NCBI GenBank assembly: GCA_963712815.1
Contig: CAVQJL010000012.1
Span: 925,027-989,026, forward strand
DNA length: 64,000 nt
Direction of reading: 5' to 3'
Origin: an uncultured Gammaproteobacteria bacterium
GTDB taxonomy: Bacteria; Pseudomonadota; Gammaproteobacteria; Steroidobacterales; Steroidobacteraceae
Part shown: one piece after another, positions 32,981 through 41,516 of the stretch
Numbering within the stretch: the first letter of the stretch is position 1
Layout of the letters: each line of letters begins with the position of its first letter
Made by a program: the position numbers and the translations under genes
Notes under the pieces: generated by a model
Told to the model about the DNA's origin: nothing
The model's input: the letters and a program-made list of their open reading frames with translations, nothing else
Database searches by the model: none

Positions 32981-33414
32981 GCGGCCTCTCCTTCCAGCGC
33001 AGCGCGCACGGCCGCGAGGAAATCCGGCGGACTCGCGAACTGCAGCGCCCCGCTGCCGCCGTCCACCGCCACCTGCACGGTGCGGGCCCGCAGGATGCGC
33101 ACGCCGTCGGCTGGACGGGAGATCAGGTAGTTGATGCCGATGCGGTTCTCCCACTCCGTCAGCGAGGCGCGCACGCGCAGCCGCTCGCCGAAGTGCGCCG
33201 TGCCCACGTACCGCGTGTGCAGATCGACGATGGGCCAGGCGAAGCCCGAATCGATCATGCGCTGCAGGCCGTAGCCGAGGTGGTCCATCAGCGCCCAGCG
33301 CGCGTTCTCGAGATAGCGGACGTAGTGGCCGTGCCAGACCACGCCCACCATGTCGACGTCGTGGAAGGCGACGTCCACGTCCAGGTCGATGTACAGCTGG
33401 CCCTGGGATCTCAT
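32977..33414 (-). CDS. Acyl-CoA/ACP thioesterase, 4HBT/YbgC-like
   Basis: The translation reads DVAFHDVDMVGVVWHGHYVRYLENAR, typical of 4HBT-fold thioesterases. ATGA overlaps the GT2 stop. Confidence 0.75.
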   Translation of the reverse strand: MRSQGQLYIDLDVDVAFHDVDMVGVVWHGHYVRYLENARWALMDHLGYGLQRMIDSGFAWPIVDLHTRYVGTAHFGERLRVRASLTEWENRIGINYLISRPADGVRILRARTVQVAVDGGSGALQFASPPDFLAAVRAALEGEAA

Positions 33415-34178
33415 GGGGACGCGCCGGACCGTGCCGTGGTGGCCGGACGCGAGCGCCGCGCCAGCAGTCGCGGCGACCGGCGCAGCATGCCCGCGAACAT
33501 GCGCAGGTGCATCAGCGTGATCAGCCAGTTGTCGCGCACCAGGCGGAAGTGCGAGACGCCGTCGGCCGGATAGCTCACGCACGTCGACAGCCAGTGCATC
33601 GGCACGCCGTGCCAGTGAAGGCGAACCAGCGTCTCGATGTCGAAGTCCATGCGCCGCCCGGGCGGCTCCGCGGCGAGGACCGGGACCACGACCTCGAGGG
33701 GATAGACGCGCAGGCCGCACATCGAGTCTCGGATCTCGAGCGACAGCGTGTTGAGCCACACCATCGCGTGCGTCAGGTAACGCAGGACCAGGCGATGACG
33801 CGGGATGGAAGCGTCGAACACCGGCTGCCCGCAGACCAGCGCCCCGGGATCGGCGAGCGCGGTGGCGACGAACCTCGGTATGTCGGACGGATCGTGCTGG
33901 CCGTCGGCGTCCATCTGCAGCACGTGGCTGAAGCCCGCCTCCGCGGCGGCGGCAAATCCCGCCATCACGGCACCACCCTTCCCCTGGTTGACGGGCAGGC
34001 GCACCAGTCGCACCTGCGGATCCACCGTTGCGAGGCGGTCCAGCTCCGCCGCGCACGCCGGCCCCGAGCCGTCGTCGACGAGGATCACCGGCAGGCCGTG
34101 GGCGCGCAGGCCGGCGACCGTGCCGGCGATCGCGTGCTCGTGGTCGTAGACGGGCACGACGGCGCAGACGCTAGGCAT
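33411..34178 (-). CDS. Family 2 glycosyltransferase
   Basis: It has VVPVYDHEHAI, VDDGSGP and the DxD-type motif QMDADGQHD. Confidence 0.8.
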   Translation of the reverse strand: MPSVCAVVPVYDHEHAIAGTVAGLRAHGLPVILVDDGSGPACAAELDRLATVDPQVRLVRLPVNQGKGGAVMAGFAAAAEAGFSHVLQMDADGQHDPSDIPRFVATALADPGALVCGQPVFDASIPRHRLVLRYLTHAMVWLNTLSLEIRDSMCGLRVYPLEVVVPVLAAEPPGRRMDFDIETLVRLHWHGVPMHWLSTCVSYPADGVSHFRLVRDNWLITLMHLRMFAGMLRRSPRLLARRSRPATTARSGASP

Positions 34179-34863
34179 GCGCGTCCCCGAACTGAACGCG
34201 GCCGCCGGAGACGGCCGTCGATCCCAGCGAATACTCGAAGTGCAGCTGCCGGCTCAGGTCGTGGCCGTCGAGGCGCAGGCCGAGGTTCATTCCGGGCTGC
34301 AGGACGCGCCGGAACTTCGCACCGCTGATCCCGGCGAATGTCCCGTTCACCACGCCCTGTGCCCGAGCGATGTCCACGGCCCAGCCGATCTGGACGACGC
34401 CCGGGACGATCGGCCGCGACGGGAAGTGGCCGCGCAGCACCGGCAATTCGTACGGCACCCGCACGCGGCAGGTGAGCGATGGTCGCTGGGCATCGCGGAT
34501 GAGGTCGCTGACGATCGGTACGGTCCGGGAAGCGTCGACCTTGGCCTCGTCCTCTCGCCCGGCAAGTGGCAGCGCGTCCACCAGCCACAGGTCGAATGCC
34601 GGCGCCGGACGTTGCCCCGTGCCGCTGAGGAAGGGCTCCCACGCAGCGACGAGTCGCTGCTTGCCGCCGAATCGCAAGGCGCGCACGCCCTCGGCGCTGG
34701 GCACCACGAATGCGGTGGGCCGCTCCGACTTCGCGTCTCGGCGCACGTCTGCTGCCGCGAGGAACAGCCGGGCCTCCCGCACCCACGGGTGCGCACGCAG
34801 TCGGCTCGCCAGGTCCTCCAGCCGGCGCTCAGGAGATTCCAGGGCTGGGGACCCGGGTCTCAC
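34171..34863 (-). CDS. Two-domain protein: AMP-ligase C-terminal-like region fused to a FabZ-like hotdog dehydratase
   Basis: The N-terminal part reads ...HPWVREARLF..RPTAFVVP. The C-terminal part reads LPVLRGHFPSRPIVPGVVQI. Confidence 0.65.
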   Translation of the reverse strand: MRPGSPALESPERRLEDLASRLRAHPWVREARLFLAAADVRRDAKSERPTAFVVPSAEGVRALRFGGKQRLVAAWEPFLSGTGQRPAPAFDLWLVDALPLAGREDEAKVDASRTVPIVSDLIRDAQRPSLTCRVRVPYELPVLRGHFPSRPIVPGVVQIGWAVDIARAQGVVNGTFAGISGAKFRRVLQPGMNLGLRLDGHDLSRQLHFEYSLGSTAVSGGRVQFGDAHA

Positions 34864-35108
34864 GCCTGCACGAGCGTGCAGACCGCGTCGACGAGGTCGC
34901 CGACGGTCCGAACGGTGCGGAAGCTCTCGGCCGAGATCTTCCGGCCGGTCTGGCGACGCAGTCGGTCGATGAGGTCGACCGCGTCGATGCTGTCAATCTC
35001 GAGGTCCTCGTTGAGCCTGGCGTCGGGGGTGATGCGGCCCGGATCGATCTCGAACAGCTCGACCAGCGCAGCCGTGACGTGCTCGGTGACTTCTTCCTTG
35101 CTCTGCAT
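34860..35108 (-). CDS. Acyl carrier protein (second ACP)
   Basis: Attachment motif is LEIDSIDAVDL. The MQSKEE start at 35108 is preferred over GTG at 35135, which has no RBS. Confidence 0.8.
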   Translation of the reverse strand: MQSKEEVTEHVTAALVELFEIDPGRITPDARLNEDLEIDSIDAVDLIDRLRRQTGRKISAESFRTVRTVGDLVDAVCTLVQA

Positions 35109-35180
35109 AGGACCCCGCTCGCCCGGCTCGATCACGGTTGTGGGCAGTGCGGATCGTCCGCCTCCCTCACTCGGCCGGTG

Positions 35181-35966
35181 TCATTGCGCCGCATTATACC
35201 CAGCTGCCCGCCCAAGCCTGGCTTCGTAATGCGACAGCAGCCACGCATTGAGCTCGCGGGACGCCCTGGGCGGCGGCGCGCGCCGATACGGTTCGAGGTC
35301 GATGTCCTCGCCCACGACGAAGTCGAGCTGCGGCGGGCGTGGCGGCACCCGGTACCACGGCTGGGCCTTGTGCAGAAGGGGCTGATCGACCCGGATGTAG
35401 ACCGGGGTGAGCACGGCCGCGGCCTGGACCGCGATGCTGGCCACGCCACGGTGGAAGTGCAGGGGCTCGCCCGGGCGCGTCCGGGTACCCTCCGGGAACA
35501 TCACCAGGCAGTCCCCGGCGCGCAGGGCCGCAGTCGCCTGCTCGATCATGAGGTCCGTGGGAAAGTTGCTGGTATAACCCGCGGCACTGACCACCCAGCG
35601 GGTGAACGGGTTGGCGAACAGCGCCGCCTTCACGACGCAGGCTGGCGAGGGCGTGAAGGCGACGATGAAGACGACGTCGATCAGTGTCGGGTGGTTGGCG
35701 ATGATCAGCTGGCCCGGGCGCCCGAGGCGCTCGCGACCCTCGAACCGGTAGCGGAGCCCGCGCAGTCCGCTCATAACGGCCACGAACATCCGGAAGGATT
35801 TCTGGACCAGGCGGCGCGTGCGGATGCGGCGCCCCGTCGGCCCGCCGGGCAGCAGCAGTAACATCGGCAGAACCAGCAGGCCGAGGACGAGCCCACCGAT
35901 GCCGAACAGTACGAAGCAGGTTCCGGTGACGAAGACACGCCACAGATACGTTTGCCTCGCTCCCAT
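35181..35966 (-). CDS. 1-acyl-sn-glycerol-3-phosphate (lysophospholipid) acyltransferase, PlsC family
   Basis: It has an N-terminal TM segment, the HX4D-type box NHPTLIDV, and FPEGTRT. Confidence 0.8.
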   Translation of the reverse strand: MGARQTYLWRVFVTGTCFVLFGIGGLVLGLLVLPMLLLLPGGPTGRRIRTRRLVQKSFRMFVAVMSGLRGLRYRFEGRERLGRPGQLIIANHPTLIDVVFIVAFTPSPACVVKAALFANPFTRWVVSAAGYTSNFPTDLMIEQATAALRAGDCLVMFPEGTRTRPGEPLHFHRGVASIAVQAAAVLTPVYIRVDQPLLHKAQPWYRVPPRPPQLDFVVGEDIDLEPYRRAPPPRASRELNAWLLSHYEARLGRAAGYNAAQ

Positions 35967-36071
35967 GTCGCCCGGGTGCTCCGTCAATGCCGTCGGCTCC
36001 TGTCGTCTCGCGACAGGCCACGATGAAGTGCACCGTCCAGCGATGCAAGCGGCCGCTGACGCCGGCAGCGG

Positions 36072-36758
36072 ATGATGCCTCGAGCCTTCGCTGCCGCCGC
36101 GGAAGTCTGGCTTGCGACGCCGGCCGCAGCCCGTGCATTCGACCCGTCGAAACTCGGAGCCGCTGACCGGGCCAAATGGGACGCCCTGCACACGACTCGA
36201 CGCCGGGAAGACTGGGCGTCGAGCCGGGCCCTGCAGGCGGCCGCGCCCGTGTCTGCCGGTGACGCCAGCAGCCTGTCCCACAGCCGCGGGTTCGCCGCGC
36301 TCTTGCGCGCACCGCGGCAAGTCGAGGTCGGCGTCGACGTCGAGTGGCTGTCGGCGCGCGACTTCCTGAGCATGGCCCGCACGGCTTACTCGCCGGCCGA
36401 GGCCGACGAACTCGAATCACTCCGGGATCCGACCGAGCTACGCGCGCGGTTCTACGAGTCCTGGACCCTGAAGGAGGCTTTCGCCAAGGCCCTGCGCCTG
36501 CCCCTCGCCGACGCCCTGGGCCAGTGCTGCTTCGGCGTCGCGCACGAATCCGTGACGGCGCGGGTCCCGACGACACGATCGTGGTCGGCGACGGTGTTCG
36601 CCCCGCGGCCGCAGTTGCGAGTCGCCGTCGTCATGGTCGCCGACGACAGCGCCGCCCTGCCGCGCGAACTGCGCACGTTGGAGTGGCCACCCACCCTCGC
36701 CGTGGCATGGCCCGTCGTCCGAAGCCTCGTCAGCGGCGCCGCTGCGGCGACATGCTAG
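36072..36758 (+). CDS. Sfp-type 4'-phosphopantetheinyl transferase
   Basis: It has the motifs VGVDVE and WTLKEAFAKA. Confidence 0.75.
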   Translation: MMPRAFAAAAEVWLATPAAARAFDPSKLGAADRAKWDALHTTRRREDWASSRALQAAAPVSAGDASSLSHSRGFAALLRAPRQVEVGVDVEWLSARDFLSMARTAYSPAEADELESLRDPTELRARFYESWTLKEAFAKALRLPLADALGQCCFGVAHESVTARVPTTRSWSATVFAPRPQLRVAVVMVADDSAALPRELRTLEWPPTLAVAWPVVRSLVSGAAAATC

Positions 36759-36777
36759 CCTCCGGGGCCCAACGCCC

Positions 36778-37539
36778 ATGAACACTCCCGCGGCAGTGCC
36801 GATCCGAAAGCCCGTGCGCACGGGGACCCTGCTGCTCATGGGAGCGTCATACCCGGTGCTTGCCCATGTCGCCGCGCTGACCGGCCGACCCGCGCTGATC
36901 GCCGCGAGCCTCGGCCTGCTGATCTTGCTGGTGCTGATGCCCGCGTTGCTGAACGGACGACCGCTGGCCTGGATGATCCTCGCGATCGCGACGTACGGCG
37001 TGTACGTCGCCGTGGCGTCGGGAAAGGCGGTGTCCCTGCTGATGCTGCCCCCGGTGCTCCTGAACGGCTTCATGGCATGGCTGTTCGGACGCACACTTCG
37101 GGCAGGGCAGATGCCGCTCATCGAGCGGGCGGCCCGCGCCATGCGCGGACCCGGGGCAGTCCTGGCGCCCGAGGTCGTTGCGTACGCACGGGGCGTCACG
37201 CAGGCCTGGACCGCGCTGTTCGTCGTGCTGGCGGTCGTGAACCTCGGCTTGGCGGCGCTCGCCCGCCCCGGGGGCCTGCTGCTCGCCGCAGGCTTCGAAC
37301 CCGGGGTCTCGGTCCCGCTCGGCGCCTGGTCGCTGTTCGCCAATGTGCTCAGCTACCTGTTCATCGGCGCGCTGTTCGCGATCGAGTTCATCGTGCGCGG
37401 CCGCCGCTTTCCTCACCAGCCCTACAGCGGGCTGGTCGATTTCGCGCGTCGGCTGGCGGCGCAAGGCCACTTGTTCCGGCCCGGGGCAAGCCGCCGCGGT
37501 CCCGGCACCGAGCTTGGACCGAAGGGACCCGGCGGTTAG
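36778..37539 (+). CDS. Polytopic membrane protein of unknown function
   Basis: It has multiple hydrophobic helices and is tightly packed between the PPTase and radical SAM genes. Confidence 0.6.
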   Translation: MNTPAAVPIRKPVRTGTLLLMGASYPVLAHVAALTGRPALIAASLGLLILLVLMPALLNGRPLAWMILAIATYGVYVAVASGKAVSLLMLPPVLLNGFMAWLFGRTLRAGQMPLIERAARAMRGPGAVLAPEVVAYARGVTQAWTALFVVLAVVNLGLAALARPGGLLLAAGFEPGVSVPLGAWSLFANVLSYLFIGALFAIEFIVRGRRFPHQPYSGLVDFARRLAAQGHLFRPGASRRGPGTELGPKGPGG

Positions 37540-37551
37540 CATCCCGCGGCC

Positions 37552-38892
37552 ATGCGCATCGCCTTCATATCCGCCAATCGGGAGAACATGCCGGATGCAG
37601 TCATCCCGATCGGGCTGCTGCAGGTGATGGCCGCGGTGCCGGAGCGGCACGAGAAGCTGTTCTGGGACCTGTGCTTCGAGAGCGATCCCTTCGCCGCGGT
37701 CGCGGACAAGCTGCGCGAGCACCAGCCCGATCTCGTGGCGATCGGGCTGCGCAACATCCAGAACATGGACTACACGAACATCACCGTGAACCTCGACTAC
37801 TACCGGCGGCTGATGGCCACGGTGCGCGCGCACTCGGCCGCGCCCGTGGTGCTCGGTGGCGGCGGGTTCTCGGTCATGCCGCGCGAACTGATGGATGTGC
37901 TGGGCGCCGAGTACGGCATCGCCGGGGAAGGCGAACGGGCCTTTGCGGAGCTGCTCGAGCAGCTCGAGCAACCGTCACCGACCCTCGGGCACATCGAGCG
38001 CCTGCACTATCGCGTCGACGGGGTCCTGCGCAGCAACGCCAGCATGCCCGAACCGCTGGACCTGGATGGGCAGCTGCGGGCCGACCGCAGCGTGCTGCCC
38101 GAGCGGTATTACAGCGAGTGCGGGATCGAGTCGCTGCAGACGAAGCGCGGCTGCCCGCTGCACTGCGAGTACTGCACCTATCCGCTCATCGAGGGCGCCC
38201 GCAGCCGCATGCGCGACCCCGCCCGGGTCGCCGATGAGTTCATGCAGATCTGCACGCGCAAGGGTGTCGAGCACGTGTTCATCGTGGACAGCGTGTTCAA
38301 CCTGCCGCCGCGACATGCCAAGGCCGTCTGCCGCGAGCTCGTCGCGCGCGACAACCGCACGCCGTGGACGAGTTACGTCAACCCGATCGCGTTCGACGAC
38401 GAGCTTGCCGGGTTGATGGTTGGCGCCGGGGCCGCGGGGGTGGAGATCGGCTCCGACAGCGGCTGCGACGAGGTGCTCGACCGACTCCGCAAGGGATTCC
38501 GGACCGACAAGATCCGGCGACTCGCACAGATCTGCAGGACCCACGCACTCAAGGACTGTCACTCTTTCATCCTCGGCACCCGGGGCGAGACGCTGGACGA
38601 CGTCGATCGGTCGCTCGATTTCGTCGAGGAGCTCGGACCCTTCGCCGCGCTGATGCTGGTCTGGGTCGAGGACCGCGAGGTGGTCGACGCCGGCACCGAG
38701 CGCGATCGACGCGCTTTCCGCGACGCGATCTACGCGCGCCTGGCCGAACGGGCGTCGCGCCAGCCGCGCTGGTCGGTGCCGAGACTCGGCATCCGCTTCG
38801 ACCCGCGCAGCTTCGCCGTATTGAGAAAGTTCGGGCTGCGCGGGCCGCTGTGGCAGCACCTGGACCGGGTGCCGACCGAGCGGCTCGCTTAG
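37552..38892 (+). CDS. B12-binding-domain radical SAM protein (class B rSAM)
   Basis: An N-terminal cobalamin-binding-like Rossmann region (MRIAFISAN...DLVAIGLRN) is followed by the radical SAM cluster motif CPLHCEYC. Confidence 0.8.
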   Translation: MRIAFISANRENMPDAVIPIGLLQVMAAVPERHEKLFWDLCFESDPFAAVADKLREHQPDLVAIGLRNIQNMDYTNITVNLDYYRRLMATVRAHSAAPVVLGGGGFSVMPRELMDVLGAEYGIAGEGERAFAELLEQLEQPSPTLGHIERLHYRVDGVLRSNASMPEPLDLDGQLRADRSVLPERYYSECGIESLQTKRGCPLHCEYCTYPLIEGARSRMRDPARVADEFMQICTRKGVEHVFIVDSVFNLPPRHAKAVCRELVARDNRTPWTSYVNPIAFDDELAGLMVGAGAAGVEIGSDSGCDEVLDRLRKGFRTDKIRRLAQICRTHALKDCHSFILGTRGETLDDVDRSLDFVEELGPFAALMLVWVEDREVVDAGTERDRRAFRDAIYARLAERASRQPRWSVPRLGIRFDPRSFAVLRKFGLRGPLWQHLDRVPTERLA

Positions 38893-38975
38893 CACGCGGC
38901 GTCCTCGGGTGCCGTCGGTCCCCGCAGCGACCGAGGGTCGGCCTTCCTGCCCGCTCTCCGCCGGTCGCCGACGGC

Positions 38976-39623
38976 TCAGAGCCCGCCGATCTGGCGCCCG
39001 ATGTCGTCCGGCGTCAGGTAACCGTCGCCGTCGCGATCGAGCAGCGCGAATCGCGCCGCGAGCCCCGGGAATGCGACCTGCGCTTCGGCGAGGTCGAGCT
39101 TGCCGTCGCGATTCACGTCGGCGGCCCGCAGGCGCTCGATCACGCGCTGGCGCACCAGCTCGCGATCGCGCAGCTGGGCGAGCTCGGCCAGGGACACCTG
39201 ACCATCGCCATTCGCGTCCACGAACTCGAAGTGCTCGTAGAGGCGCGGCGTTCCGGCTCGCGCTTCCTCGCGGCTCAGCTGGCCGTCGGCGTTCACGTCC
39301 GCGGCCCTGAACTGCGCCAGCAGCCGCGCGCGGGCCTGCTCGCGCACCTGCTCCGTCCACGCGGTGATCTCACCGCGGCTCAGCTGCCCGTTCCTGTCGG
39401 CGTCGATCGCGTCGAAATGCCGGAGCACCCAGGGTTCGCCGTTCGCCGCCGCAGCGCCGGCAGCGCCCGGGACCACCGGTGCAACCGCCGGCACGACCGC
39501 CGTCACCGGCGCGGGCTGTGCGGTGCGCTTCTTCTTTTTCGGCCCCTTCGCATCCACATCGCCGGCGGCCAGGAGCGCCGCGCACACGGCGGCGGTCAGA
39601 ATGAACCCTCTGGAAATCGCCAT
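38976..39623 (-). CDS. Secreted EF-hand calcium-binding protein (five EF loops)
   Basis: AGAGG RBS and a signal peptide are present. The loops are DADRNGQLSRGE, DVNADGQLSREE, DANGDGQVSLAE, DVNRDGKLDLAE and DRDGDGYLTPDD. Confidence 0.75.
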   Translation of the reverse strand: MAISRGFILTAAVCAALLAAGDVDAKGPKKKKRTAQPAPVTAVVPAVAPVVPGAAGAAAANGEPWVLRHFDAIDADRNGQLSRGEITAWTEQVREQARARLLAQFRAADVNADGQLSREEARAGTPRLYEHFEFVDANGDGQVSLAELAQLRDRELVRQRVIERLRAADVNRDGKLDLAEAQVAFPGLAARFALLDRDGDGYLTPDDIGRQIGGL

Positions 39624-39711
39624 GTCACTTACCTCTTGCCGGGAATTCGGCCGTTCGATCTGTTGCAACGCGTCGGAGTCCTGCGCGTTGACGCGCGCCG
39701 ATTCCTTGAGT

Positions 39712-40098
39712 TCATCCGCCGCGGTCGGCGGTCACGCCCATCCAGTCGAGGACGGCCGTCGTCGGCTCGTCCACGGGCCGGTAACGGAACGTGGACACCC
39801 ACTCGCGCAATGCCTGCTGCACGCAGCCCTCGCCCGACTCGGAGGCGACCGACTCGACGCGACCGTCCGGCCGCACGACGAATGCCGTGCGGTACACCGC
39901 ACCGCTCTCCGGGTCGCAGTCCGGCGGGACCTGCAGCGTGCCCGCGTCGACCAGCTGCAGTTCCGCGGCCGGAGGCCGTGCGGGCTGAGTGGAGACACAT
40001 CCGCCGAGCAGCACGCCAGCGCACAGCGCGAGCGCGCAGGCGTGCCGGGAACTGCGTTCGATCTCACCCTGTCCAGCGACATTGCCCACCCGCGTCAT
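39712..40098 (-). CDS. Lipoprotein with a TonB C-terminal-like domain
   Basis: It has the lipobox LLGGC and a C-terminal pattern VYRTAFVVRPDGRVESV...ALREWVSTFRYRP resembling the TonB-C fold. An alternative start lies at 40113. Confidence 0.55.
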   Translation of the reverse strand: MTRVGNVAGQGEIERSSRHACALALCAGVLLGGCVSTQPARPPAAELQLVDAGTLQVPPDCDPESGAVYRTAFVVRPDGRVESVASESGEGCVQQALREWVSTFRYRPVDEPTTAVLDWMGVTADRGG

Positions 40099-40112
40099 GG
40101 CTTCGCCCTCCA

Positions 40113-40805
40113 TCACACGATCCTGGCCGTCGGGAAGGTCATGCGGAACGACTCGACCTCGAGGACCGCCAGCACCCGGGCATCCGCAAGATTGGGAAAC
40201 AGCCTCGCATCGAAGCGCCACCCGACCAGCCGGCCCGGCCGCACCCGGCCGCGCGCCTCCGGGGCGTAATAGTACGTCCGTCCGCGAAGCCGTTGCGCGA
40301 GGGTGCGCAGTCCCGCCGGCAGCAGGCCGCCGTGGATCGGCAGCGGCGGCGCCAGCCGTGCCGCAGCGAAGCGCAGTTCGCACAGTTCCCGTCCCTCGCT
40401 CGTCACCCGCACGCGCTCTTCGCGACGCGCGCCGGCCGGGCGCTCGACCTCGAAGTCGGCACGGTCCTTCGGAATGCCCCAGTTGTTGCGGCCGTTGACG
40501 ACGCTTTCCCAGGTCGACACTAGGATGCGCCCGATGGTGTGGTGGCGCCGCCCGTCCTCGAAGGGGAAGGACCCGGGAATGAACAGCAGCTCACGGTAGG
40601 GCCCGCAGCCCGACTCCGCGTAGTCCACGTACATGAGGAACGATGCGAGCCCGCGGCCGCGGCCGGCCAGCTCCGGGGGCAGGAAGGCGTCGCGCGCTGG
40701 CGACCTCGGTGGCAGCTTGAGCGCGACGATCCAGCCCGAGCCCCGGAGGTCCCAGGGGGCGGGGCTGAGCGGAACGTCGGGCAGGCTCGAGTCGGGCTGC
40801 AGCAT
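40113..40805 (-). CDS. Acetoacetate decarboxylase (ADC)-family protein
   Basis: It has an ADC-like pattern ...FLMYVDYAESGCGPYRELLFIPG... and is 230 aa. Confidence 0.55.
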   Translation of the reverse strand: MLQPDSSLPDVPLSPAPWDLRGSGWIVALKLPPRSPARDAFLPPELAGRGRGLASFLMYVDYAESGCGPYRELLFIPGSFPFEDGRRHHTIGRILVSTWESVVNGRNNWGIPKDRADFEVERPAGARREERVRVTSEGRELCELRFAAARLAPPLPIHGGLLPAGLRTLAQRLRGRTYYYAPEARGRVRPGRLVGWRFDARLFPNLADARVLAVLEVESFRMTFPTARIV

Positions 40806-40811
40806 GGTCGC

Positions 40812-41516
40812 TTACACCAGCGCCGGTGTCGTGGCGATCAGGAGCTGCGCCGCGTAGTAGAGCGGCAGCCCCCAGGCGCGGTTCAGGAATTCATGTCGCA
40901 CGAAACGGTCGCGCGCCACGGAAATGTCGGACGCGGTGAACGCGAGCGCCCCGACGGCCACCGCCCAGGGCCCGCCCGCCGCGCTCACGCCGCAGGCCAG
41001 CGCGGACATGACGCCGATCACCAGCATGTAGATCCGCACCGGCCCGACCATGTCCGCAGGCAGCGCGGGCCCGAGCCAGCGCAGCACGGCCAGCAGCAGG
41101 ATCGCGAGCAGCACGGCGCCGACCGCAAGGCCGAGCGGATCGAGCGGTCGGGTCAGGAAGGCAGCCGAATACGCGAGGTGCCCGGCGAGGAACGCGAACA
41201 CGCCGGCGCGGAACACGGCGGGTCGCTCGAGCGGGATGAGCAGCACGTCCCCGAGCAGGCACAACACGAGGCCGAGCAGCACGAGTTGCCCATAGCCCGT
41301 CTCGAGCGCGCCCATGGCGATCGCGACCCAGAGGAAGGCGAGCGAGGCAACCGGCTTGGCGAGCCACAGGCCCGTGCGCGAGCCCCGGCGCTCGGCCCAC
41401 AGCAGGCCCGCGACCGCGGCCGCGCAGAGCAGGTACGGACCCCAGTTGCCCACGCCTCGACCCGATCCGTCACCGCCGCAATCCGGCGCGAGGAAGCATG
41501 ACGCAGCGTCGTCCAT
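40812..41516 (-). CDS. YhhN-family membrane protein (lysoplasmalogenase family)
   Basis: It has 7-8 TM helices. Motifs LLGDVLL, AGHLAYSAAF and FTASDISVAR are typical of YhhN. The start is uncertain. Confidence 0.65.
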   Translation of the reverse strand: MDDAASCFLAPDCGGDGSGRGVGNWGPYLLCAAAVAGLLWAERRGSRTGLWLAKPVASLAFLWVAIAMGALETGYGQLVLLGLVLCLLGDVLLIPLERPAVFRAGVFAFLAGHLAYSAAFLTRPLDPLGLAVGAVLLAILLLAVLRWLGPALPADMVGPVRIYMLVIGVMSALACGVSAAGGPWAVAVGALAFTASDISVARDRFVRHEFLNRAWGLPLYYAAQLLIATTPALV

